DNA of 64,000 bases, taken from Vicugna vicugna (Eukaryota). The stretch lies in the NCBI GenBank assembly GCA_013265495.1, contig MU058844.1, positions 9,010,184 to 9,074,183 on the forward strand. The letters run 5' to 3'. Below the pieces are notes generated by a model. The model had not been told where the DNA came from. It worked only from the letters and a program-made list of their open reading frames with translations, and made no database searches. How positions within the stretch are numbered: the first letter of the stretch is position 1; every line of letters starts with the position of its first letter. The translations under genes and the position numbers were made by a program. Positions 50,191-62,689 of this stretch are shown here, piece after piece.

Positions 50191-52897
50191 GTTTTGGGAC
50201 TTTAGGAAGTTGTTCAAGCTGTTCTCTTGATCTGGAAACAGTTTTACTCAACAGATATTTTGCTCAGCTAACTCCTACTCATTTTACACATGTTGTCTTA
50301 GATGCTCCTCCATACACAGCCCCTCTCCAGGGGTCAGTCCAACTGTGCCTGTGCACACTGATTACCCTAGTTATAGCTCCATCACAGCATTTACCACATC
50401 GTATTGTAATTGTTTCAGCTACCTTTGTTTACTATGTCTTTGCCACCATTGTACACATTATAATATCTGAAAAAAAATTACAGAATCTTCTCCTACAATT
50501 TGAGCATTCAGTAACATTTTGTGGAGTCAATAAAGGAATTATAAAAATGTCAATTTATTAATTTGTAGTGAGAAATAGAATTGTCAAGTGGCTGGTATCC
50601 AAACTGGGCTGGCAAGGGCAAGTCTCTTCACTGCAGGAAACAGCAGAGAAAATTCAATTATTCTAAGAATATTTCTTGCTATCCACAGACTCAGAACATG
50701 TTACTGAACATTTAGTGGCACCATGTCATGTTAGTGTGTCCTGACAATTCCAGAACACACATATACTTGCCTCTCTCCCTATCCTGGGATGACCCTAATT
50801 TTTGAGCCTCTACTCCTTTTAAAGAGGGAGTACTTAGAAAACCTCTGCCTGCTCTTTCTTTCCTGTGGCTTGTTTTTCTCTGTTATTTGGTGTCATCCTC
50901 TCCCCGTTCTCACTGACAATTTATGCTTTAATTATATATGAATACACCTTAATAGGACAAAAGTATTATTCTCTGAGCCATGTTCGTCTTGTAAATGTTG
51001 CACACAGTGAAAGTCTCAAAGGAAGGACAATATGTTTCAATATACTTTGTAACTTCCATAGCACTCACTACAGCATTTTAGCTCAGTGAATAGCAAACAG
51101 TGTCATAGCCTGAATATTTTTGGTTATATAATTTTAACTCTGTTGATTGCTAGAGAGACATGATTTAGTTTTTTTGTTTTGTTTTGTTTTAGTTTTTGTT
51201 TTTTAGATTTAGAGCTTTGTTGGGCTATGTTGGGCGATTTGAATATTCAGCTTGAATGCTATTTTGTGTGCCTGGGAGTGTTTGCCACAGCAGGTGTTAC
51301 CTAACCAGATGCTAAAGCCTTTTAAATTAATACGCGGCATCTTGTCAAACATGCCTCCTGCTTTACACTGTCAGAGCTGTTGAAAATTGGCTTTTCCTGC
51401 CAACAAGGTTTTCGGTTGGCAGTGACTCAGCCCTGACATGCTTTAGCTACAATGCTTACTGGGCCAGGTGATTTTTACTAATGTATTTAGAATGTTGAGT
51501 TTTAATAAATTTCCAAATTCTTCAAGCATAAAATAAGCAAAAATATATTTTGGACATTGGTAGGGATAAAAGATTCTTTCCCTTTCTTTCCATAAAGATG
51601 AGTGAAGATCAAGGACAAGAATAGCAATTGGGTTATGGAACCAGAAGGCTTGGTGCCTCTGTTAGGATGTTAGGATTTCTCCCTGGTGACGCCCCTCTCT
51701 CCTCTTCCATGCATCTGATACAATACGACTGGGCCTAAGTGCCTCTTCTATTTGGCTAAAAGTACAGGAGTAGCTGGAGGAGGTTAAAGGGAAAGAATCC
51801 TTGAAGTGCGTAATTTCGGTCTTGGTTCTAAGCCATTATGTTTGCCTGTCTTTCTCATTCCACTAATAATAGGCAGAGGGACAAGACTGAGGACTTAGGG
51901 AAGCTACTCAAACTTAGAGTCAGAGCCCAAGGTGAGGGTGAGGGTCCTTATTCAACATGGTTCCTCCTAATCACCTGCGTCAGGAAATCTGTCTGTAAAA
52001 GGCTTTAGGCTGTGACCCTGAATTCTGGCCAGACTTCTTGGAGGCAGCTGGTCGCCTCTCAAGCAGCATCTCATAGCAGCCAACACAAGGATTCACTGCA
52101 AGCTCCTCAAATAGCCTTTATCCTGTCATTTCACTTCAGATGCCAGACAACATCTTGAGAGTTGTGTGAGCCCCACGGTAATGGTAATAGATGCAATCTG
52201 AGAAGTGTAGAAGGAATAATAGCAGATAAGTTCAGAGACATGTGTTCTAGGGAACTTTGAAGAACAGTTTTATGATGTCCATATAATTTCCTCATAGTTT
52301 ATATCATTATGAACATTAATATTATGGCTTATTTTAATAAGAGAACATAGAGTGTTACTCAGTGTGTTTTAGGCAATAATAACCTAATTAACTGATCAGC
52401 AAGAATTACTAAGTGCAAAGGAACAAAGGAGTATAACAAGCCATGTTCTCTTATAAAAATGTGCTGAGTTTATGTTGTCACATTACTTTTGATAATTTTT
52501 ACCATTCTAGCTGACTAATGATACAGTGGGACCCTCTCTTCTTTATTGTTTCTCCTTACAGCAATCCTGCTGTCCCTGATTTATTATTAAGAATGATTAT
52601 TAGGATCTTTCCCCCAAAGGGGGATGGACAATTAGTAATGAGATTTATGTAAGTAATTTATTTAAGTCATTTATCTCCAGTTACAAGTCATTTATCAAAG
52701 AAAAAAAAACTACATGATTTTTTATAATTTCCTGAAGCATCTAATGAAATAGCCCATTCTACTATGGAAATTTCTTGGAAGAAAACAAATATACATCAAA
52801 TAATTACATGTAGCTCAAAAATTACTGAATATATATCATTTATAGACATCTTTTGTAACCAGGACCTTTGCTAGTCACATTTTTACTGATGATCTAG

Positions 52898-53548
52898 CTT
52901 TTTTTTTTTTTAACTCTTAGACTCTTTTTTTCATGCATAGCCTCCCCTATTATTAACGTAGTCCCCATCTGATGGTACAGTTCATAGAATTGATCAGCCT
53001 ACATTGACACATTATTATCACTTAGAAGCCCATAGTTTACATTATGATTTATGCTTGGTTTTGAACATTCTGTGGGTTTGGGAAAATGTATAATATGTAT
53101 CTGTCATCAAAGTATCAAAACAGAGTACTTTCACTGCCCTAAATATCCTCTGTACTTTTTCTACTCACCCCAAACCCTCAACCCCTGGCAACCACTGGCA
53201 GTAAGTATCACTGTCTCCATAGTTTTAACGTTTTCAGAATGTCATATAGTTGGAATCATACAGTAGGTAGCCTTTTCAGATTGGCTTCTTTCACTTAGAA
53301 ATACAAACTTCAAGTTTTTCCATGTCTTTTCATAGCTTGATAGCTCATTTCTTTTTGGCACCAAATACTATCCCATTGTATAGACGTACACAGTTTATTT
53401 GTTCACCTATTAAAAGATATTTTGGTTCTTTCCAAGTTTTGGAAATTATGAATGAAGCCACTATGAACATCCATGTTCAATGATTTTTGTGGATACAAAT
53501 TTTCAGTTCCTTTGAGTAAATACCAAGGAGCATGATTGCTGGATCATA
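52898..53548 (-). mobile_element. L1MC1/2-type 3' end
   Basis: catgcatagcctcccctatt...cctacattgacacattattatcac...ttcactgccctaaa...acccctggcaaccactg...gccttttcagattggcttctttcacttag; homologous to 59538-60265. Confidence 0.88.
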
Positions 53549-53737
53549 CAGACTGATGACCTCATTTTTATGCATACCCATCCAGCAAGAAAGCATCGCC
53601 ACCTACATTTCCCAGATAGACAACTGAGGCTTAAAAAGTTTACTGCTATTGTTCTAGATATTAACCTAGCTCTGTTACACTCTGAAATTGGTACCGTTTG
53701 GATCAAGCCACACATGACTTTCAAGTAAGGCTGAGTA

Positions 53738-53979
53738 TAAGGTCAATTTACCCATTGGGCACAGTGAAATCACTACTTAGGAGTCATGATACTTTTAGGA
53801 ACCCATGAAAGTATTTCAGTTACTTTTAAAATTAAAAGAAAGAATGAATACAATTCAGTCTGGATTATATTAACCTTTATATCATAATAGCCATAGAGAT
53901 TTTAATATCTTTTATGAGCCAAGGGGCCCACAAAGGCAAAATTAATTCCTAGGGCCACAGACATCATAATGCAGTGCTG
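53738..53979. mobile_element. hAT-Tip100 non-autonomous element (ORSL-like)
   Basis: tttacccattgggcacagt...catgatacttttagg...cagtctggattatatt...ggggccccacaaaggcaaaa...cctagggccac...tcataatgcagtgctg matches the recalled ORSL layout; flanks gctgagta/gcagggaa match at 5/8 (possible 8-bp TSD). Confidence 0.65.
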
Positions 53980-56389
53980 GCAGGGAAGCCAATTTTTGGG
54001 GTTCTGAAAAACTAAGTGCCTTTACATGTGTTCTCTGCCTGATGTATGAGAACATTGCCTGCTTTCCAGAATTCAGCAACAAAGCCACATCGTCTCCAAC
54101 AGCTGCTGTTAAACAGTACCTGATACCCAGGGCAACTCTATACACACATTGACAAATTAAAGTCCGGAAAGTAGAGCAGGAATGAGACAGAAGCTGGGCA
54201 CATTTCAGCAGGAGTGTAATAAGTGAGGTGTGATAGAAACACAACGTAATGGTCAGACAGCCTGACACTACCTAACAGTACCCAAGGTTGAATCAGCAAA
54301 TATCTACTTTTTGGGTGATGCCTGTTACTTTGATTAGAAGATTTCTGAAAACAAAGTTACCCAGTACCTATGTCCACATCCACCATGAAAAGTCTCTTGT
54401 AGCGTGTTTGATTTTAGACAGACTTGCATCTCTCAGGTCACCAAAATGCATTAATATAATCTTCCCCTATGTAGTTTTTGTGAAAGGTCAAAGCAGTTGT
54501 CTTGTTATATGGAGACTTAAAAAATCAAGTGGACACAAAGTATTATTTGCGTAGAGTTTGAATCTCATTTTCCTTTTAAATTGGGCAGCCTTACTCAACA
54601 ATTTCTGTGTAGACTGTAAAAGTCCAGTTGTGCCTGTCGAATTGTATTAGTTATGCAAGCGACTCTACCTTCGAGCTGTCTAGCCCAGGGCTGACCATGA
54701 GACATGGCTGTTTCACACAGTGATTTTGGATGACAGCTTTCCCTGAGCTCATACAAGGCTAGGAGGCAATTATAAGACCAGAGGTCATTAACACCGCATT
54801 TGATTACATAACATAATAAAGCAGGAAAACAAATAGATCATAGAGAGGGAGAGAGAGGATATTGATTTCTATTGAAACAAATAAATTTTTGTTTCCAAAC
54901 TAAATGATTTCTAAATTAAATTTATAAAGAGTCTTTGAATTTATAAAGACTAATATTCTGAGAGATTCACAGATATAAAATTTAAGGAATATATTAAGTC
55001 TTTCAGCTGCCTTGTTTTCTCTCTCCAGTGTAATACTTTTGTTAATTCTAGAAGGTTTCTTCTTTGGTGTGGGGAAAAAGATGTGTATTTTTATACGTGT
55101 AAATTTATGACCAGTTAAATCCAAATAAATATAAATTTAAACTCCAAAGCTTTCCACCAAGTATTACAAATAAAATTGCTATAAGAATTTTCAATTTTTA
55201 AAAGAGGAGACACAAAAATACAGTAAATAGGGGTCACAGCTTAAGGAAGTCATTATAAAAACATGTTGAAGTAGTTAATTTTGTCTAATTTAAATGTTAG
55301 ATGGTCAAGTGAGCATGCTTTCATGCCATATGCTTTCCTCAGAGCTATTTTTAATTTGCACAAGTGTTGCTGGGAGAATAAACTTAAAAGATGCTTTTTT
55401 GTGGTTGTGAGGGTGATAGTGGTGCTTAAGAAAGCTGAATTCCAGCTCACTCTTTATTTTTTTCTCTTCTCTCTGACTGATTTGCACTCATGATTCTTCA
55501 GCCAGGACTTACTCAGATATATGGTTGCAGAAATAAGGCCATTGTCAGTTCATTAATTAAGTGGCCCACAGAATGCAGGTTTAATTGAATGATAAAGAGT
55601 GTTAAAATTGTAATTATGATGAATAGATTGTCATAGATTTCTCTGGAGACTGCTGCCTTGGAGTCAGTGACTTAAAATTAAAAGGTTGAATTCACCTCCT
55701 GTCATGCAGCTTCTCCTGACCTGCTTTTCTGAGGTAAGGACTCATCTATTAAGTCAAAGTCCTTCCAACATTTAGTTAATGAGAAATTATATCCTTTATT
55801 TCTTTCAAGTAAACCTCCTCAAGTAAGGACACCATCCTGAAATGAGACAAGGAAATAAGCAATTTCTTTCAGTCCTTCTATGTCTAATATTAAATATCAG
55901 AAAATGCATTGGAACATGTATAAAAATAGAATGCTCTGGCTCTGTGTGATGATGGGTAGCCTGGTAGGCTGCGGTGCTTTAACAGGTGGAAAGAGCACGA
56001 GGAGAAGACAGGAGGAAGAAAGGCCTGAGGAAGCTCTGAATCTATGCCCTCATCCCCTGACCAGGTTATCTCTATAGAACATCAGTAGGCACGGGAACTG
56101 AGTCAGTATATACTATGCACACATATCTTTCACGTTGAGAATACACCTGGTGGGACCAAAGCAAGAGAGGTTTCTTTGCAAAAGCAAAAAAACTGATTGA
56201 GAACAACCACTGACCTAAGGGCTACTACTTGAAATATTAGCAGCTCAGACACTGAATTACTCAAGTTCCCCATTAGCTCACATGCCAGCATGCATGAGGG
56301 AAAGCACTGTTAAGGTACTAAGGCACGTTACCTCTGTCCTGGGATCTGACAAGCCTAGGGGATGTCGATACCAGCACTGACATTGTCCT

Positions 56390-56545
56390 GTAAGAGCATG
56401 GGCCTTGCTAGAGTTGCTTAATCTCTTTTATCCAAGTTTTCTCATCTGTATTCTGGGAAAAATAAGGCTGTCATGTTGAATAAATGATATAACAAATGTA
56501 AAGTTCCTAACAATACCCCTGAGCTATAATGACTGCTCAAGAAAC
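56390..56545 (+). mobile_element. MIR SINE fragment
   Basis: agttgcttaatctct...agttttctcatctgta...aaatgtaaagttcctaaca. Confidence 0.7.
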
Positions 56546-56611
56546 GACAGCTTAAGGAGAGGATGAGGTGGGCAGGAGAGAAAAGAGGTAACACCAAGAG
56601 CTCAGCATTAA

Positions 56612-56818
56612 GCACGGAGGGATAAATTAGGTGTTTGGGATTAGCTGTATATAAAATAGATAAACAACAAGGTCCTACAGTACAGCACTGGGAACTATAT
56701 TCAATATCTTATAAAAACCTAAAATGAAAAAGAATATGTATGTATCATAATAAGTCACTGTGCTGTACATCAGAAACTAGCACAACGTTGTAAATCAACT
56801 AAACTTCAGTTAAAAAAA
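56612..56818 (+). mobile_element. Cetartiodactyl-type L1 3' end (short, 5'-truncated)
   Basis: gggataaattagg...aaaatagataaacaacaaggtcctac...gggaactatattcaatatct...gctgtacatcagaaact...ttgtaaatcaacta; homologous to 38283-38520. Possible decayed TSD aagagctcagcattaa / aatgacttagtgttaa. Confidence 0.88.
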
Positions 56819-57167
56819 TGACTTAGTGTTAAAAACTGACAATAAAGGAACTTTACTTTTTATGAAACTTACAGGATTTGTAATTTCAGAGTGCTCAGAA
56901 ATTAGATAATTTGTGCTGGCTTGTAAAAAATGATACCTTCAATTTGTTTAAAGATACTAACAGGAAGAAATTTATTTTATTTTACTCTCTTTTTAAAGGA
57001 ACTAATGCTCTGTATCATGAGTTGAGTTAGTATTGACGAGGATGTAGCTAGAAATGATTTATTCCTGAGTAAAAGTGCTCTGAGTGCTAAATGCCTGAAT
57101 GTATATAGACATTTTAACTTGCTTCTTTCACTAACATCTCCCTAGGACACAGGGAGTGCTCAAATGA

Positions 57168-57183
57168 GTGTGTGTGTGTGTGT
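57168..57183. repeat. Short (GT)8 microsatellite
   Basis: Read directly. Confidence 0.8.
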
Positions 57184-57579
57184 AATGTGATTTGTGTGAG
57201 TACATACTAAGGAAAAACAGGGCACTCCCTTCTGTCTGAGGATATTTATATGGTACTGTGTGTCCTAACCGCTCTTTAAAATTCCAAGGAAAAAATAAAC
57301 AAGAGTTGGGAAAGTCATTTTGGTTCTTGGGAAAACTGAAAATTTGGGCAGACTATGTTTGGGGAACAAAATGACTGGTCTAGAAAGTTGCTGACTACGG
57401 TTGGTAATGGGTAAGCGATCTACGAGTTCCGTCAGTGATTCACAGCAGTCTTGGCTCTTAAAGACTCCTTTGAATCAGACCTGGTGAAGCATGTTTCCAT
57501 CTAACATTTATCCCTCACTGCCTTCGGCTTCTGACAGTGCTCTGTGTTACACATCGTGTTCTGTTCCTTACCTTTTATC

Positions 57580-57760
57580 ATGCAAAATTATAATTTTGAA
57601 ATCCTCCATGTTGTTATATAAAGATCTAGCCAGATTACTCTGCCTTTTACACAATATTCCATCATGTGAATCTACTATATCTACTGTATTTACCATTTTA
57701 AATTCATCCACTTTTCTACAGATGGAAATCTAAGTTGTCCCAATTCTTGGCCACAAAACC
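57580..57760 (-). mobile_element. L1ME-type fragment (degraded)
   Basis: ttttgaaatcctccatgttgt...aatattccatcatgtgaat...gatggaaatctaagttgtccca. Confidence 0.5.
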
Positions 57761-58289
57761 AGTTTTTGTCAAAATCTCTTATATGCTGATGTCTATGATA
57801 TATTTCCAAAAGTAAAATATATGCCATGCATCATTTCTCAAATCCATTTGGCTATGATTTTTTTTCCTCTGGGAATCTTGTGGTAATACTGTTTTGTATA
57901 AGTAGTTTGAGAAACTCTATGTTAGAGAAGTAACATATGGGTTAAATATGCATTTTTACTTTGAGAATTAATAAGACCAAAATAATATATTCGAAGAACA
58001 AATGATACATCTGAATGCATGAATTATTGAGAAAAATAGTATTACTTCACATACATGCAATAAAATATAGCAGACAATAATGCCATTGCTGTGTAGAATG
58101 TAGTATGGTATTATTTCAGATATGGGCAAAAACAAAAGCTGCAAAGCAAAAAGTATAAGACATGTTCTATATTGAGCAAATTCTAATAATGTCACTGAGG
58201 ACAAGAAATAACTCTAATTAATTATACCTTTTAAAATTGTTTTGGTATTAAAGTCAAAGTTTAGGGAAAGTAAATCATTAATTTATTGT

Positions 58290-58620
58290 TACAGCAAGGG
58301 TTTATTGAATACCTACAATCAGAAACTGTGCAAAGCCCTGAGGATATAAAAATAACAGGATAACAACATTGTCTTAAAGGATCATGTGTTTATTTGGAGA
58401 AGATGAGCATATAATTCAATTATTATGAAATAATACAGTAAATGCATTGATAGATCTTGAACAAGGTATTATAGATCATTAACAAGGCAAGTTGGTGCTT
58501 TAAAAATAAATTCGGCAGGGAGAATAGGGAAGAGTATTCCAGGTATAGGAATAGTGTGAAATAAAAAAGAAAATACGAGAGATGAGGAAATGGAAAGGTG
58601 GTGGTAGAAACAGGAAGGGG
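58290..58620 (-). mobile_element. L2 3' fragment
   Basis: tttattgaatacctac...ctgtgcaaagccctgaggatataaaaat...agagtattccagg. Confidence 0.55.
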
Positions 58621-58989
58621 AAATCTGTGGTGGATGCAGAAGATAGACCACTAAAAAGGAGGTGTTAGAGAGTAAGCTTACCTGTAAGTCAACAGTGTCT
58701 CCATGCACATAAACTAATAGTACTTCATGTATGGCAGTTTAGTGATAGGTTTTGAGTGTTTATTAGTGAGGAAAATCCCTGATGTGCCGCCAATGTGAAT
58801 TCCGAAAAAGATCTATGAGATTAAGTGCAACAAATGTGTCTAAGTTATCTCTATATGTTCAGCACATAAAACAAGGTCTCATATGTAGTAGGTGCACAAT
58901 AAATGTTATATGGATGGATGGATAGAGGGATGATACGTCTGTATTAATTGCTACTGTCAAAGAATTTGGTGATTTTCTGTTTTAAGAGA

Positions 58990-59120
58990 CAAGGAGGCAT
59001 TGTTGCAGAAATTAAAGCATTTTGGAATCAACGTGGATTATTTTTAGCTATGTGACCTTGAGCAAGTTATTCATCTATGCTAAGTTCAGTATTCGCATCT
59101 GAAAAATAGGGAAGAGATAA
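58990..59120 (+). mobile_element. MIR fragment
   Basis: tagctatgtgaccttgagcaagttatt...cagtattcgcatctgaaaaatagg. Confidence 0.7.
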
Positions 59121-59390
59121 AGTAATTCATATAAAATTCTAAGTTTGAGGCAGAGCAAAGTGGCTTCTGCTCAGAAGTATATTATTGTTATTGTTCAGTG
59201 AGAAATAAAGCTAATTAATTGTGAAAGGGCCATATTTTGGAAGGCTTGGATTTTAAAAGTTAAAATCTGTTTAAATTTGATGTGCTTAGAATTAGGAAGA
59301 TCTGAAAAGCTTTGTGAGCTTGAGGAAAATACAATTTTTCCAAAGACTGAGGGAGGGCAAATTAGACAGGAAAGGCTGTGGTCAGGAGGA

Positions 59391-59424
59391 AAAACAAAAC
59401 AAAACAAAACAAAACAAAACAAAC
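59391..59424. repeat. (AAAAC)n pentanucleotide repeat
   Basis: Six full units plus a partial unit, read directly. Confidence 0.9.
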
Positions 59425-59449
59425 TTTATTGTAGTTATCCAGTACAAAA

Positions 59450-60390
59450 CAGATTGTCTGGATTCAAAGCCCAGCTATGTCATTGACTAAGTGTCTAACT
59501 TTGGAAAATATCTTAATTTCTCTAAGCCTCAGTGAGACTTTTTTTAAGATGTTGTATTTATTAGGCAGTTTTAGGTTCATAGCAAAATTGAGAAGGTACA
59601 GAGGTTTCCTATATTCCATCTCCCCCTGCATATGCATGGTCTCCATATACAACCATACAACCCCCATCAGAGTGGTACATCTGTTACAATTGATGAACCT
59701 ACATTGACACATCATTATCAACCAAACTCGATAGTTTACATCATGGTTCACCCTGAGTGTTGTATATTTATGGGTTTGGACAAATGCTTACACGTATCTG
59801 TAATCATACAGAGTATTTCCACTGCCCTAAAAATCCTCTGTGCTTTGTCCATTCATCCCCTCCACTCCCCCAACACCCCTGGCAACCATTCATTTTTTTA
59901 CTGTCTCTATAATTTCTATTTTTCCAGGACATCATATATTTGGAATCATATAGCATGTAACCTTTTTCAGATTGGCTTCTTTCACTTAGTAATATGCATT
60001 TAGGGTGTCTCCATGTTTCTTTCTGGCTTGATAGCTCATTTCTTTTTAGCCTGGACAATATTCCATTGTCTGCATGAGTTACAGTTTATTTATCCCTGCA
60101 CCTACTGAAGGGCATCTTGATCACTTCCAAGTTTTAGCAGTTATGAGGGAAACTGCTGTAAACATCGTGTGCAGAGTTTTGTTTGGTCATAGTTTTCAAC
60201 TTCTTTGGGTAAATATCATGGAATGAGATTGCTGGATTGTATGGTAAGTGTGTTTAGTTTTGTTTAGCGAGATTTTAGTAATGTGTTACAGGGTTTTATT
60301 AGGATTAATGAGGTAATCAATATAAACTGCCTGGCAGAGTACCTGGCGTATTGTAATGGCTCAATCAATGTTAATTACCTTTACTGTTAT
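59450..60390 (+). mobile_element. MIR SINE split by an L1MC insertion
   Basis: 5' half gattgtctggattcaaagcccagct...tctctaagcctcagt (59450-59533); 3' half cagggttttattaggattaatgagg...cctggc...gctcaatcaatgtta (60288-60375). Confidence 0.75.
59538..60265 (-). mobile_element. L1MC1-like 3' end
   Basis: gcagttttaggttcatagcaaaattgagaaggtacagag...cagagtggtacatctgttacaattgatgaacctacattgacacatcattatca...ttccactgccctaaaaatcctctgtgct...gattgctggattgtatggtaag. Confidence 0.92.
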
Positions 60391-60759
60391 TATGTAGGAA
60401 AAGTTGATTTAAAAATTCAGTTCATGTTGACAGTATGGATGGAGAAGTAGGTACAGAAGAGAGAAATGTCAGATAAAAAGTGTAAAAACACTTGATGATT
60501 GGCTTCATGATATTACCTCCTAGATATGCAGAGATATGTAGGATGTGCTGGTCTAACATTGTTGCTCTGTGTGAAAGGAGGACCTCACCTCCTAGTTCCC
60601 CACACTCTCTTTGGAGTAATTAAGAAAGATCATATAAGGTAATTATAAGTAATGGTTATTTAATTCTCTAGGTAAGGAAAAAGAGAATTGCTAACTGCAC
60701 TCCACATCTGAACCATATAAACCTGACGAACAGCTAGGGTCAAATGGTACAGGGGAAAG

Positions 60760-60975
60760 GCATTAGACACACAGTCTGGAGAACTGTGTTCACAGCATAA
60801 CTCACTCTTGATGTGCTGTAAGCTTCGTGAACTTGGACTTAAATCTTAGTAATTCAGTTTCCTCAGCCATAAAGTTGAAATGAGGTTCCTTCACTAGTTA
60901 TTTAGAGAGCAAAATGAGATAATGAGTGTGAAAATAGTGCCTGAGATTTTCTAGAATGTTAATAATGTGAGGCTA
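60760..60975 (+). mobile_element. MIR SINE
   Basis: tcagtttcctcagccataaa...aaatgagataatgagtgtgaaa. Confidence 0.6.
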
Positions 60976-62244
60976 ATCTTAATACATGCAATCACTAAAT
61001 AGCTTGCTCAGAATCAGTGCCATAATGATAAAAAAATATATGAAGTCATCTGTCACCAATGACGTCTTGGCTAGTTTTGAATACATGATTGTTTCAGTGC
61101 ACTTATGGATTTATATTTTCTTTTATATGCTAATTATAAAAGCATACTTCTCTATTATAGAGAGTTCTGATTACAAATACATAGCAGGAACCAAAAAACA
61201 AAATTCACTTATAATTTTCTACCTGGAGATATGTAATGTTAAAATTCCAAAATATTTCCTTTCTGTAGATAGCAAGCTAAATATCTACAAAGATAAACCA
61301 GATTATGTGCTTTGTTTAAAAATGGCATGATGTTAAATGTACAGGTTTGATATATGTTTTGTCTTAAAATATTCATGTGTATAGGATTACTTTCAAATAC
61401 CTATGTTAGTAATATACAATGCAGAGTCTTTGTTACTTTCTTCTTTTCTGCATGAAGACTATGCAGTTTATATGAAGATTTCATTTTTTGTGGAAGTGTT
61501 TATTGTTCTCTGCTTGTTGCTTATTTCCATTCTCCACTTATATAATATATTCAGAAAATATCAACATTTAAGCAAGAAGCAATCAGAGAAGAAAACATTT
61601 ATCTGTAATGCCAGCCAAACGTAACAGTGAACTCTTTCATCTTGATTCTAAGCTCTAAGTCTACTCTGAGGTCTTTGAAGTACCACTTGGGTTGAAGCCA
61701 CTCAGAGAAATTCAGCAAAATAAGTGGCTTGAAGCAAACAAAAATATAAACTCTAAACCTCCCCCAGCTTTGCATAATCATCATACTCATTTACTTTTTG
61801 CTAAGTTTGCCTTTGTGGAGATTAGGTTAACCAAACCTGTCTCCTCATTTTTGTTTTTCTTTTTGATCATCCGAGAGTGCTTTCTCAGCCTGAAGCCAAG
61901 TTGTCCCAAATACTTAACATATTTGACAATTTTTTTATTTTTTAGCATCAATGTTTATTACTGAGACTCACTCTAAAGAAATTGATGATGACATGGATCT
62001 GTTTGCTATTTTTCAATATTATTTTAAAATGTTTCTAAGTTAGAGTAACAGAATAGTTGAATTAACTGTCTTGATCTTCTTCTTAAGCAGTCATTTTGTC
62101 TTAACACTCTGCCTAATGGTAAAAACACCCACATTATATAATCTCTGATCCCATTTTGGAGAAGGGAGCCATGAAAGATAATTCCAAAATATCATTTGTC
62201 ACATGGAAAAAGGGTTACTCCAGAACACATTACCCATTTTTATT

Positions 62245-62390
62245 AATTGAAAATAAATACTAATTGAACACCACTATATCTTAGACACTGGGAGTATAGC
62301 AATGAAGTCAGATGAAGTCCAAGTTCACATAGAACTTACATATCAGAGGGAAAGACTGAGCAATGCATAAATTAGCAAGAGAATTTCAAA
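62245..62390 (-). mobile_element. L2 3' end fragment
   Basis: attgaacaccactatatc...cactgggagtatagcaatgaa...agaacttaca. Confidence 0.55.
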
Positions 62391-62689
62391 TAAGTCATCC
62401 AGTCTTAGATACATTTATTATTTTGTAAGATTTAGGGGCATTCTCTTTCTTCATTGTATCAAATAAGTAATTTTTTTTAAATCATGAGATATGATTTTAT
62501 TTGGGAAAATTATTTGAGGAACTGTACACAATATACTGTTATTCTCAGGAACCTTAGAAATGTATTGGAAACATACCATACCTTTTGACCCAAACTATGA
62601 AGTGGGTTTCTCATAATGAAATTGGTTTAAGTGAATGCGAAGCAACATTTCAACACCTTTTTACCTACTGCTTTTCTCCTCCTATAGGA

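Larger units (their letters stand above)
48590..50530 (+). mobile_element. L2 element split by an L1MB insertion
   Basis: atgtcattcacctgcttaaatcccttccatggctccc (48601-48637) resumes after the L1 at ~50215 (gctgttctcttgatctggaa...gctaactcctactcatt...cagcatttaccacatcgtattgtaatt). Confidence 0.65.
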
